From: Vicugna vicugna
Taxonomy: Eukaryota
Length of the DNA: 56,541 nucleotides
Direction of reading: 5' to 3'
NCBI GenBank assembly: GCA_013265495.1
Contig: MU058289.1
Location: forward strand, 1,240,001 to 1,296,541
Positions 13,201 to 26,300 of this stretch are shown in pieces; the first letter of the stretch is position 1; every line of letters begins with the position of its first letter. Made by a program: the position numbers and the translations under genes. The notes beneath the pieces were generated by a model, which saw nothing but the letters and a program-made list of their open reading frames with translations, searched no databases and was not told the DNA's origin.

Positions 13201-13767
13201 TAATGGGGTTTTTATGGTGGACCCATGCTCCATTCTCCCATTTGAAGCCCAGAATACACTCCAGCCCCTCTCCCCAGCCAAACCAAGTCCTGTCCCTGTA
13301 TCTGTCTGCTGAAGCTCAAGTTTAAATACCCAGCCACTGTGCACACCAGCAGGCATGTGTGTCAGGCTGGGATATGACTACCATCAGTGTCAGTCCCCCT
13401 CTATCCTGCCTAGCACACTTCTCTGAGGCAAAGTCCAGGCCACTGCAACTCCCTGTCTTTCCCAGCAGAACTCCCAGGTGGTAAAGGAGGTTCCCAGGAT
13501 GAGAGAACATTTCTTCTTCCACAGCTCCCTCCCAGGGGCACAGGTCCCATCCCAGTCTTTCTCCCCCCAGCCCACCTTTTGTCCTACCTGGTTATATGGG
13601 GATCTTTCTTGCAGCTTTGGTTGTATAAGAGAATAAGAGATCCTCTGCCAGCTTTCAGTTGGTATTCTGTAAGAACTGTTCCAGATGCAGATGTATTTTT
13701 CATGTATTTGTGGGAGTTCCATGGACATGATTATTTCTATGTCCTTCTGTGCCATTTTGACCTCCTC
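9041..13767 (-). mobile_element. Internally deleted LINE-1 retaining both ends, with stacked 3' ends, inserted into an older L1
   Basis: Poly-T at 9041; 3'UTR segments at 9050-10030; ORF2 3' part to ~12050; ORF1 start ~12100-12400; 5'UTR to 13767 (reverse complement agaggaggtcaaaatggc). Flanking direct repeat tggtagtt at 9033-9040 and 13768-13775. Confidence 0.8.
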
Positions 13768-14976
13768 TGGTAGTTGCATCTTTATTTTTTTGAAGCCCTT
13801 CCATGCTGTTTTCCATAGCAGTTGAAACATTTTACAATACCAACACTGCAGAAGGGTTTCAGTTTCTCCACATCTTTACCAAACTTCTGAGGGGAAAAAA
13901 ACATTTTTGACAATAGTTATGGTGTGAGCCAATTTTAAATTCTGGTTTTGATTTGCATTTCTCTAACGGTCATTGATGTTGAGCATCTTTTCATGTGATT
14001 ATTGTCCACTTCTGTGTCTTTTATGGAGAAATATCGATCTAATAAGTACTTAGTTCGTTTTTAACTTTGGTTATTTGAACTTTCTTAATGAGCTATAAAA
14101 GTTACTTATACATTTGGGATATTAACAGATATGTGATTTTTAAATATTTTCTCCCATTCTGTAGATTGCCTTTACACTGTGTTGACTGTCCTTTGATGCT
14201 CAAATATTTTTAAGCTTGAGGCCAACCACTTGTCTGTTTTTCCTTTAATTGCCTGAGGTTTTGGTAATATCCAAGAAATCATTACAAAATCCACTGTCAT
14301 AAAGATATTCTTCTATGTTTTCTTCTATTTTACGGTTGTACATTTAGGTCTTTAGGCCATTTTTGAGTTGGTTTTTATATATGGTATAAGATAACCTTCA
14401 TTCCTTTGTGGATATCTGATTTTCCCAGCAACATTTTTTGAATACACTCTTCTCATTGAGCTGTTCTGGCATTCTCATAGAAGGTCACTTGACCATATAT
14501 ATGAAGGTTTATTTCTTTTCTTTATATTCTGTTCCATTGGTCTATATGTCTCTCTTTATTTCAGTACCAAACTGTACTGATTACTGTAGCTTTGCAGTAA
14601 GTTTTGAAGATGGGAGGTATGACACCTCCAACTTTATTCTTCTCTAAGATTGTTTTGCCTATTCGAGGTCATTTGGTATTCTGTAATTCTGTTTCTGAAA
14701 GGAGAGGAAAAAAGAGAAAAGGAAAACATCATTGGGAATTTTATAGCAATCACAATCTGCAAATCTTTTCTGGGTAATATTGGCATGTAACAAAATAAGT
14801 TCTCTGATCCATTACAGTGGTTGTCACTTCATTATATCAGTTTCTTCATTAATTTCTTTCAACAATGTTTTGCAGTTTTCATTATACAAGTCTTGCACCT
14901 ACTTGGTTAGATTGATTCCCAAGTATTTAATCTGTTCAAGGCTACTGAAAATGGAATTATTTTCTTAAGTTCCTTT

Positions 14977-16723
14977 TTGGTTTTATTGTATACAATGTAT
15001 TTCTATTGAAGTATAGTCACTTTAGAATGTTGTGTCAATTTCTGGTGTACAGCATAATGCTTCAGTCATACATGAACATACATACATTTGCTTTCATATT
15101 CTTTTTCACCATAGGTTACTACAAGATATTGAATATTGTTCCCTGTGCTATACAGTATGAACTTGTTGTTTATCTGTTTTATATATAGTACTATCTGTAA
15201 ATCTGAAACTCCCAATTTATCCCTTCCCACCCACCCCCAGTAACCATGTTTGTTTTCTATGTCTGTGAGTCTGTTTCCGTTATTGTAAATAAGTTTGTAT
15301 TTTTTTTTAGATTCCACATATATATGATATAATATGGTATTTTTGTCTTTCTGGCTTACTTCACTGAGAATGACAATCTCCAGGTCCATCCATGTTGTTG
15401 CAAACGACATTTTATTATGTTTTATGGCTGATTAGTATCCCATCTTTATTCAGTCATTTGTTGATGGAAATCTAGGTTGTTTCCATGTCTTAACTATTGT
15501 AAATAGTGCTGCTATGATCAATGGGGTGCATGTATCTTTTTTGAGTTAAGGTTCCCTCTGGATATATGCCCAGGAGTGGGATTGCTGGATCATATGGTAA
15601 GTCTATTTTTAGTCTTTTTGAGGACTCTCCATACTGTTTCCCATAATAGCTGCACCAAGCTACATTCCTACCAACAGTGTAGGAGGGTTCCCTGTTCTCC
15701 ACACCCTGTTTAGCATTTATTGTTTGAGGACTTTTTAATGATGACCATTCTGACTGGTGTGAAGTGATACCTCACTGTAGTTTTGACTTGCATTTCTCTG
15801 ATAATTAGCTATACTGAGCATTTTTTTCTTGTGCCTATTGGCCATTTGTATGTCTTCATTGGAGAATTGCTTGTTTAGGTCTTCTGCCCATCTTTGGATT
15901 GGGTTGTTTGTTTTTTTATTATTAAGTTGTATGAGCTGTTTTTATATTCTGGAAATTAAGCCCTTGTCAATCTCATCTTTGGCAAATATTTTCTCCTATT
16001 CTGTAGATTGTTGTTTTGTTTTGCTTATGGTTTCCTTTGCTGTGCAAAAGCTTTTAAGTTTAATTAGGCCCTATTTGCTTATTTTTGCTTTTATTTCTAT
16101 TGCCTGGATAGACTGCCCTAGGAGAACATTTCTAAGATTTACGTCAGAGAATGTTTTGCCTTTGTTTTCTTCTAAGAGGTTTACAGTGTCTTGTCTTGTA
16201 TTTTATTTTTTCAGTGGGGAAGTGATTAGGTTTATTTATGGTATATATTTTCATGGACATACTGGGGATTGAACCCAGGACCTCATGCATGCTAGGCACA
16301 CATTCTACCACTGAGCTATATACTCCTCCCTACAGTGTCTTGTCTTACGTTTAAGTCTTCAAGCTAGTTTAATTTATTTTTGTGTATGGTGTGAGGGAGT
16401 ATTCTAACTTCATTGATTTACATGCAGCTGTCCAGCTTTCCCAACACCATTTGGTGAAGAGACTGTCTTTACTCCATTCTTGCCTCCTTTGTCAAAGATT
16501 AACTGACCAAAAGTTTGTGGGTTTATATCTGGGCTCTCTATTCTGTTCCATTGGTCCATATTCTGTTTTTGTACCAATACCATGCTGTTTTTATTACTGT
16601 AGTATTATCTGAAGTCTGGGAGGGTTATTCCTCCTGCTTCATTCTTTTTCCTCAGTATTGCTTTGGCAATTCTGGGTCTTTTGTGATTCCATATAAGTTT
16701 TAGGATTATTTGTCCTAGTTCTG
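14977..16723 (-). mobile_element. 5'-truncated younger (lineage-specific) LINE-1 with 15-bp TSD
   Basis: TSD ttcttaagttccttt at 14962-14976 and 16724-16738; ORF2 C-terminal motifs ([32 protein letters not shown]). Confidence 0.85.
16198..16330 (-). mobile_element. tRNA-Ala-derived SINE (camelid Vic-1 type) with 16-bp TSD
   Basis: Reverse complement reads gggaggagtatatagctcagtggtagaatgtgtgcctagcatgcatgaggtcctgggttcaatccccagta (A/B boxes); TSD tacagtgtcttgtctt at 16182-16197 and 16331-16346. Confidence 0.85.
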
Positions 16724-17689
16724 TTCTTAAGTTCCTTTCTGGATAATTCATTCTTTGAGTGTTGATTTTGTATTCTGCAATTTTGTGGAATTCATTACTT
16801 CTCACAATTATTGTGTGTGTGTAACAGTTATAGAGTTTAATACATAAAAAGTCTTGGATATCTTTTCTTTTTTTGCCTAATTGCCCTGGCTAGGACTTCC
16901 AATGCTATGTTAATTATGAATGCCAAGAGTAACCATCCTTGTATTGTTGGCCTAATTTTTCAGTCTTTCTCCACTGAATATGACATTAGCTGTGTTCTTT
17001 TCATTTATAGGCTTTATTATGTTGAAGTAGTTTTCTGTATTCCTAGTTTGTTGAGTGTTTTATTATGAAAGGGTGTTGAATCTTTTTGGTTTTTTTCAGG
17101 GTGAACATGTCTTCAAATTTATTTGCTAGATTTTGGTTTCCTGTAATTCTTAAATAATCTCATACCACCTGATTGGCTTGATGAAAATAAACCCAGCTAC
17201 AAAACAAAAACAAGAAAAGATACCAGCATAGACACAAAAGCCAAAAAATTTTCCACTATAGACAAGAACAAAACAAAACATCAGCATTAATTTATTGGCA
17301 AGTGATACTCTTATGAATTATTTTCCTAATGCAATGTAACCAATTATTGCCCTGTGTCAGCATCTACTAACAAGGAAAAATACACAGGCAGAATTTAGGT
17401 CCAATTATACTATCAAATGTTCTTGTACTCCAAAAGTAACAGTATACCAAAACATTAATAAAGGAAGATATGGAAGGTGTTTTTTCCTGATTTACAGGAC
17501 AGGAAATAATTATGTCCTTCTATTACATAACTAAATATTGCAGGAAATACACATTCAAGTTTATAGTTCTAGTGAACAAATGCATAAGCAATTCCATGAT
17601 CCCTCTCTGTTACAATCATCCTAATCTGCGATGGAGCAAAAAACGTCAAGTCTAAGAACAGGCATAAGAGGCTGAATATCACAGTTACA

Positions 17690-17800
17690 GCTTTAGCTCT
17701 GCTACTAAGTAGACTGAGTGAGTGATTGATTTAGGTAAATCACTTCCTTTCTCTAAGCTGTCATTTTCTAACCTGTAACATGAGTCCACTGAACTAGATT
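17690..17800 (+). mobile_element. MIR fragment
   Basis: gctctgctacta...ttaggtaaatcacttcctttctctaagctgtcattttctaacctgtaacatgag. Confidence 0.65.
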
Positions 17801-17864
17801 AAGATTGTTGGATCTGTAGAATCAAGGTCTATTTATTTTTCAAGGTCTGGAAGAGTACACAATT

Positions 17865-18780
17865 TTAAAAACAGCATTATTGAGGTAAAATTGATATTAA
17901 AAGAACTGCACATATTTAACGTGTACCATGTGATGAGTTGGAAATACACAAACACCCATGAAACCATCACCACAATCAAGGTAACAGTCATATCCAACAA
18001 CTCCCAGACTTTCCCTGGGTCTTTTAAACTATAGACTTTATGACATAGAGCAGATCTCTAGAAATTATTCATCTAGTATAACCAAAACTTTATACCCATT
18101 GAACGACTCCGTTTTCCTCACACCCAGACCCTAGCAACCACTACTGTATTTTCTACATCTATGAGTTTCATTATTTAAGATACAGTGTATTAGTGGAATC
18201 ATGCAGTACTTGTCCTTCTGTGACTAGCTTATTTCATTTAGCATAATGTCTTCCAGGTCCATCTATGTTGTTGCAAATGGAATGATTTCCTTCTTTTTTG
18301 AGGTTAAATAATCTATTGTACATATATACCACTTTTTTAATCCACTCCTCTGTCATTGGATATGGGTTGTATCTGTATGACTAGTGTTAATAATGCTACA
18401 ATTCACAGATAACTACTTGAGATCCTGATTTTAATTCATTTGGATATACAAAAGTAGGATTGGTGGATCATGTTATACTTTTAATTTTCTGAGGAACCTC
18501 TACATTGCTGTCCACAGCTGCTGCACCACTTTTCATTCATACCAACAGTGTACAAGCATACCCTTTTCTCTACATACTTGCCTACACTTGTTATATTTTT
18601 ACTTTTTAATAATATTCATTCTGTTGTATGGTGATATCTCACTATGGTTTTGATTTGCATTTCCCTGATCATTAGTGACACTGAGTGTCTTTTCATATAT
18701 CTGTTGGTCATTTGTATGTCTTCTCTGGGGAAAAAAATCTATTCAGGTCCTTTGCCCATTTTTAAATCTTTTTTTTTTTT
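17865..18780 (-). mobile_element. L1M 3' end fragments
   Basis: Minus-strand L1 3'UTR/ORF2 end motifs (ttgaggtaaaattgat; tggaatcatgcagtacttgtcc; tatggttttgatttgcatttccctg). Confidence 0.75.
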
Positions 18781-18790
18781 AAGTGAGGAA

Positions 18791-18882
18791 GGGGGTTGGG
18801 TATAGCTCAGTGTTAGAGTGCATGCTTAGCATGCACGAGGTCCCAGGTTTAATCCCCAGGACTTCCATTAAAAAGAAAAAGA
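18791..18882 (+). mobile_element. tRNA-Ala-derived SINE (Vic-1 type)
   Basis: gggtatagctcagtgttagagtgcatgcttagcatgcacgaggtcccaggtttaatcccc followed by an A-rich tail. Confidence 0.85.
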
Positions 18883-21800
18883 ATGAAGGGAAATCTAGAG
18901 GTCATTATGCTAAGTAAAGTAAGCCAGACAGATAAAGACAGATACAGTGTGGTATCACTTACACGTGGGATCTAAAAAAAGGTCAATCTGGTAGAAAGAC
19001 AGTAGAACAGTGGTTAGCAAGTGCTAAGGTGGGAGAAATGGAGAAATGTTGGTCAAGGGTACAGACTTTCCATTATAAGATGAGTAAGTTCTAAGGACCT
19101 AATGTACAACATGGTGACTACAGTTAATATTGTATGATATATGTGAAATTTGCTGGGAGGATGTTTTAAGCATTCTTAGGGGAAAAAAGTGATAGATGTT
19201 TTAACTTGATTGTAATAATCTTTTCACAGTGTGTATTTATATCAAATAATCACTTTGTATACTTTAAATATATTATGTTTGTCAATTATACATCAAAAAT
19301 AACTTTTTAATGAAGGAAGAAAGATCAGATTCTTTTAGGGGAAAAAAAAGCCTGAGTAGTTCATCACCTCTAGAAATACTTTACAGGAAGTGCTAGTGGA
19401 GTTCTTCAATTTGAAATTAAAGGACTTTCATAACCTAAAAACATGTGACAATATAAATCGTACTGGTAAAGGCAAAGATGAAGTCAAATTCAGAATACTT
19501 TAATACAAAAAAATACAAACTTCCAGTGACAAGTAAGTACTGGGAATATAATGTACAACATGATGACTATAGTTACTGCTAATGTATGGTATATTTGAAA
19601 CCTGTTAGTGTAAATCCTAAGAGTCCTCATCACAAGGGAAAAAAAATTTGGGGGGGGTATCTAGATAATTATATGATGTGTATTAACTAAACGTACATGG
19701 TAATCATGTCACAATATATGACAGCCATGTCATTATGCTGTATTTATGCTTAGATTTATACAGTGCTGTATGTCAATTATATCAATAAAACCAGAAAAAA
19801 AGAATGTGCTAATACAGTAATGATATGCATAAATTACTTTTAAATCTAATATAAAAGTTAGAAGACAAAACTATTAAAATGATTACTATAATTTCACAAT
19901 GCATAAACAATATTTAAAATGTAAACTGTGATATCAATAACATAATATGGGCTGAAGGAGAAGTAAAAGGTTAGAACTTCTTCTATGCAATTGAAGTTAT
20001 CATCATCAGCTAAAAACAGATGTTATATCTATGTTTTATGTAAGCCTCATGGTAACCAAAAAGACAAAAACCTCTAGTAGATTCAGAATATAAAGAGAAA
20101 GGAATCACAGCATACCACTACCAGAAAAAAAAAATCACAAAGGAACACAGGGAGAGAAAGAAAGTAGCAAAGGACTTTTTAAAACGGGCAGAAAACATCA
20201 GAATCACAATAGTAACTCCTTACCTATCAGTAATTACTCTAAATGTAAATGGATTATATTTCCCTATCAAAATACAGTAGCTAAATGAATAAGAATAAAG
20301 GATCTAACTATATGCTGTCTGTAAAGATACATTTTTGCTTGAAGAGCAGACATAGGCTGAAAACGAATGGCTGGGAAAAGATACATGCAAAAAGAGTTGG
20401 CTTTTTGAAAGGACAAAATTGACAAATCTTAAGCTAGAGTAACCACTAACTTAGGAGAGAAGACTAAAGAAAATTATAAGTGAAAGAGGAAACATTACAA
20501 CTGGTAGAGTTAACAACTAAATGCAGAGTTTCAAAAGAGACTGCTGTGGACAACTGTATGCCAACTACAATGTGGATAACCTGTGTGAAATGAATTTTGT
20601 GAAACATACGATGCCTATATCATGGAGACAAATGTGAACAGACCAATAATGAAAAAGGAGATTGAATCAGTAATCATCTTCCCAGCAAAGAAAACCCCAG
20701 GACCAGAAGGCTTTGCTAATAAATTCTGCCTAACATTTAAAGAAGAATTAGTACCAATCCTTCTCAACCTCTTCCAAAAAATTGAGGAGAAACACTTTCA
20801 AAGGCATTTTGTGAGGCCAGTGTTAACCTGATACCAAAGCCAGATAAGTATACGACAAGAAAAGAAAACTACAGGCCAAAATCCCTGATGAACACAGATG
20901 TAAAAATCTTCAACAAAATACTAACAAGTAGTATTTAAAGCACATTAAAAGGATTTTATACCATGATCAAGTGGTACTTATCCCTAGGATGCATTGATGT
21001 TCATATGCAAATCAGTAAGTGTGATATACCACATTAAAATGAAAGAGAAAAACCGTATGATCATCTGAATAGATGCAGAAAGAGCAGTTGACAAAATTGA
21101 ACATTTTTTCATGATAAAGACTCCAAACAAATTAGGTATAGGAGGAACTTACTTCAACATAGTAAAGGCCCTTAAAATGACAAGTCCACAGCTAACAACA
21201 TACTCAACAGTAAAAAGCTGAAAGTTTTTCCTCTAAGGTCAGGAACAAGACAAGGGTGCCCACTATCACTCTTAGTCAATATAGTAGTAGAAGTCCTTGC
21301 CAGTCCTTAACAATCAGGGAAGAAAAAGAAATAAAAGGTATTCAAATTGGAAAGAAAGAACTTAAATGGTCTCTGCAGATGACATAATATGATACATAGA
21401 AATCCTAAAGACTCTCCAAAAAAATTGTTAAAACTAAAAATTCAGTAGTTTCAGGATACAAAATTAACATACAAAACTAGTTCCATTTCTATACATCAAC
21501 AGACATTCTAAAAAAGAAAACCACCCCATTCACAACTGTATCAAAAACAATAAAATAATTAAGAATAAATTTAACCAAGGAGGTAAAAGATTTGTGCACT
21601 ACATAAAGTGAAAGAAAAAGCTAAATGAAAAACTGAAGACACAAACAAATGGAAAGTTATCCCATGCTCATGGATTGGAAGAATTAATATTAAAATGTCC
21701 AGATTTAATGCAATCCCTATCAATTTCAGTAACATTTATTCAAAGAAATCATTTTAAAATTAATATGGAACCACAAAGACCCCAAATAGCCAAAGCAATC

Positions 21801-23990
21801 TTGTACAAGAACAAAGCTGCCTGGCATCATACTTCTTGATTTCAAAGTATACTACAAAGCTACTGTAATAAAAACAGTATACCACTGGGATTAAAATAGA
21901 TATATAGTTTACTGGAACAGAATAAAGAGCCTAGAAATAAATCTATGCATTTACAGGGAACTGATCTTTGACCACGGTGCCAAGAACACAAAGTGGCAAA
22001 AGGATAGCCTCTTCAATAAATGATGCTGGAAAAACTGAGTATCCACATGCATAACAAGGAACCTGAACCCTTTCACACAATATACAGGAAAAAAAATTTA
22101 TTTCAAGGCTTAATATTTCATTTATATATATATATATATATATATAAAGAAATCCTTCCATTTGCTACAACACGGATGAAACTGGAGGACATTTTGCTAA
22201 GTGAAATAAGCCAGAATGAGAAAGATCAATACTGTAGTATGATACTACTTATATGTTGAATCTAAAAAAGTCAAATTTATAAAAGCAGAAAGTAGAACTG
22301 TAGTTGCCAGCTGCTAGAGTTTGGGGGGAATGAGTAGATATTGGTCAAAGGTAAAGATTCAGTTGTACAGTATGAGTAAGCGCTGGAGACCTAAGGTACA
22401 CATGGTGACTATAGTTAATAACACTGTACTGTACATGTGAAAGCTGCTAACAACAAGGGTAAATCTTAAGTGTTCTCACCATACACATAAAAATGATAAC
22501 TATGTAAAAAATAAATAAAAATAACTGTGATGTAAGGACTATGTTAATTAGCTTTATTTTTGTAAATATTTCACATGTACACGTATATCAAAATGTCACA
22601 TTGTATACAAACATATAAAATATTTATCAATTATACCTCAATAGGCCTGGGAAAAAAGAAATAGTTCACTGCAGAGAACAGAATGGTGGTTTCCAGAGGC
22701 TTGGAAATGGGGAAGTGTTAGTCAAACAGTACAAAGTTCGGATATACAAGATAAAAAAGTTTTGGGGGTCTACTGCAAAAATAAACACACACAAATTCCT
22801 AAACATAAGACCTGAAACTGTAGAACTCCTAAAGAAAAAAGGGAATAGATTCATTAAACTTAGTCTCAACAATGATTTCATGGATATGACACCAAAAGCA
22901 CAGGCAACAGGCAGCAGAGTGCAACAATCAAAAGAGGCAACCTGCAGAACAGGAAAAAATATTTGCAAATCATGTATTTGGTAAGAGGTTAATATCCAAA
23001 ATATATAAGGAACTCCTACAACTCAACAGTTTTAAAAATTGAGTAACTTGCTTTTAAAATGAACTAAAGACTTGAATAGACATTTCTCCAAAGACAAATA
23101 AATGGCCAACAGGTATATGAAGAGATATTCAACATCACTAACCATCAGGAAAGTGCAAATAAAACCCACAATATCATCTCACAAATATCAGGATGAATAT
23201 TATCAAAAAACCAATAGACAACACAAGTATTGGAGAAACTGGAACCCTTGTACACTGTTGATGGGAATGCAAAATGGTGGAACACCTATGGAAAACAGTG
23301 TGGAGATTTCTCAAAAAATGATTGGAACAACTATATCATCCAGCAGTCCCACTTCTGGGTATTTATCCCAAAGAACTGAAATCAGGATATTGTTATCTTC
23401 ACTTCTGTGTTCATTATAGCACTATTCACAGTATTTCAAAATGTGAAAACAACCTAAATGCCTATTGACAGATGAAAGGATAAAGAAAATGGACATATAT
23501 GTAATATAATTTAATAACATTAAATATATAATATTTATTAAATATACTATATTTTAAGCTGGATAAAATTACATTATATGTATATTACAGAATATTATTC
23601 AGCCTCAGACGATAAGGAAATTCTGCAATACGCAACAAAATGATTGAATCTTGAGGACATTATGCTAAATGAAATAAACCAATCACAGAAAAACAAACTA
23701 TATATTTGCATGTATGAGCTATCTAAAAATAAAATAGTCAAATTCATACAATCAAAGAGTGTACTGGTAGTTGTCAGAGGCTGGAGGGAGGGGAAAATGA
23801 AGAGGTACTAATCAATGAGCATAAAGTTTCAGTTCATCAAGATGAATTAATTCTTGATCTACTGTACACATCATCGTAATCATTGTATGTAATGCCAACA
23901 ATACTGTATTGTACACTTAAAAATTTAAGAGGATATATCTCATGTTAAATGATCTTACCACAATACAGTTTAACATTTTAAATAATAAAT
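18883..23990 (+). mobile_element. Nested plus-strand L1M fragments (ORF1 end, deleted ORF2, several 3' ends)
   Basis: ORF2 motifs (KKTPGPEGFANKF; ctgcagatgacat = ADD RT motif at ~21373) and multiple 3'UTR segments. Confidence 0.8.
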
Positions 23991-24301
23991 ATTTCAATAG
24001 ACATTGATAATGTGCCCTCGGGGCAACATAGTCACCTGTGAGAACCACTTCATTTTTAAAAAGCAGTGTATCTTAAAATTTTTTAAAGCTGATAAAATGC
24101 TATATTTAAAAAATGCCAAGTTAATACTTTAAAAGACAGGAATGTGACAAATGTGGTGTATTACATTTATTGATTTGTATATGTCAAACCATCCTTTTAT
24201 CCCAGGGATAAATCCCACTTCATCATGGTGTATGATCTTTTTACTGTGCTGCTGAACTCAGAGGCTAGTATTTTGTTGAGAATTTTTGCATTTATATTCA
24301 C

Positions 24302-26300
24302 CAGAGAAATGCAAATCAAAACTACAATGAAGTATCACCTCACACCAATCAGAATGGCCATCATTAAAAAGTTCTCAAATGATAAATGCTAGAGAGGGTG
24401 TGGAGAACAGGGACCCCTCCTACACTGTTGTATTCACTACAGTGAAGATGTGAGAATGTAGTTTGGTGCAGCCATTATGGAGAACAGTATGGAGATTACT
24501 TTAAAAAAACAAAAACAGACTTACCATATGATCTAGCAATCCCACTCCTGGACATATATCCAGTGTTCGTGGCAGCACTATATACAATAGCCAAGACATG
24601 GAAACAACCTACATTTCCTTCAATAGATGACTGGATAAAGAAGCTGTGGTATATTTATGCAATGGAATACTACTCAGCCATAAAAAAGAATAAAACGCCA
24701 ACTGCAGCAACATAGATGGACTTGGAGATTGTCATTCTAAGTGAAGTAAGCCAGAAAGAGAAAGAAAAATACCATATGATATTACTCATACGTGGAATCA
24801 GAAGAAGAAGGAGGGGGAGGGGGAGGAAGACGACGACGACAACAAATGAACTTAATTTTACAAAGCAGGAACAAAACTTTCAGACATAGAAAACAGACTT
24901 ATGCTTACCAGGGGGTAAAGGGGGTGGGAAGGGATAAATTGGAAGTTTGATATTTGCAGATACTAACTACTATATATAAAATAAACAAGTTTCTACTGTG
25001 TAGCACAGGGAACTATATTCAATATCTTGTACTAACTTTTAATGAAAAAGAATATGAAAAGGAATATGTTATGTATATAGATGAAACATTATGCTGTATA
25101 CCAGAAATTGATGCAACACTGTAAACTTACTATATACTTCAATTTTAAAAAATTACAAATCTGCACAGAAAAAAAATCAACAAAATGAAAAGGCAACCTA
25201 CAGAATGGAAGAAAATATTTGCAAACCATATGTCTGTATCTGATAAGGGATTAATATCCAAAATATATAAAAAACTCATACAACTCAATAGAAAAAAAAA
25301 ACAACCTGAGGAACTAAATAATTTTTTTTGAAAGAAGATATATAAGTGGTTGGGAAAAAGAAAGAAAACAAAAATAAAAACAAAAGAGAAGATACACAAA
25401 TGGCTAACAGGTACAAGAAAATGTGCTCAGCATCACTAAACATAAGATAAGTGCAAATCAAATCCACAATGAGATATTACCTCACACCTGTTAGAATGAC
25501 TATCATCAAAAGACAAGAGATAACAAGTGCTGGTGAGGATGTGGAAAAAAGGGAACCAATGTACACTGCTGGTATGAATGTACATCAGTGCAACCATTAT
25601 GGGAAACAGTATGGGAGGTTCTCAAAAAATTAAAAATAGAATTAGCATATGATCCATCAATCCCACTTCTGAGTATATATCCAAAGGAAATGAAAACAGG
25701 GTCTTGAAGAGATACCTTCATTTTCATGGTTATTGCAGGATTATTCACTAGCTAAGATGAAAACAATGTAAATGAATAAATATATAAAGAAGATGTGGTA
25801 TATATATATATACAATGAGTTATTATTCAGCCATGAGAAAATAGAAAATCCTGCCATTTGTGACCATATAGATGAATATGCTAAGTGAAATAAGACAAAG
25901 AAAGACAAATACTACATGCCATCACTTATATGTGGAATCTAAAAAGGTCAAACTCATAAAAACAAAGTAGAATGGTGGCTATCTGAGGCTAGGGGTGGGA
26001 AAAGTGTTGGTCAAAGGGTACAAATTTCCAGTTAGAAGATGAATAAGTTATGGATCTAATGCACAGCACTGTAGTTATAGTTAACAATAACGTATCATAC
26101 ACTTAAAAGTTGTTAGGAGAATAGATTTAAATGTTCTCAGCACAAAAAAGTAATGGTAAATATGACATGATGGAGGTTTTAGCCAACACTGGTAGCAACC
26201 ATTTTGTAATATATAAGTATATCAAATCAACACATTGTACACATTAAACTTACAAAGTGCTGTATGTCAATTGTATCTCAACAAAGCAGGAAAAAAAAAT
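24302..26300 (+). mobile_element. Two tandem LINE-1 3' ends (younger 24302-25150, older 25150-26300)
   Basis: agagaaatgcaaatcaaaactacaatg...; ORF2 C-terminal motifs followed by 3'UTRs and A tails. Confidence 0.8.

Larger units (their letters stand above)
13768..17082 (-). mobile_element. Older host L1M ORF2 3' region (also 8930-9040; resumes ~24150-24305 and ~27255-27435)
   Basis: Diverged minus-strand ORF2 motifs are collinear across the interrupting insertions. Confidence 0.75.

Noticed and set aside
17805..17815. tgttggatct as the partner TSD for the poly-T insert at 17083
   Set aside because: The match is short and imperfect, and the host L1 does not resume after it.
18797..18870. tRNA-Ala(AGC)-like genes (also 16260-16325, 52240-52305, 55990-56057)
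   Set aside because: A-rich tails, TSDs and broken acceptor stems show these are SINEs, not tRNA genes.
24150..25150. Twin-primed inverted L1
   Set aside because: The antisense and sense parts are far apart on the L1 consensus and differ in age; the antisense part fits the older host L1.
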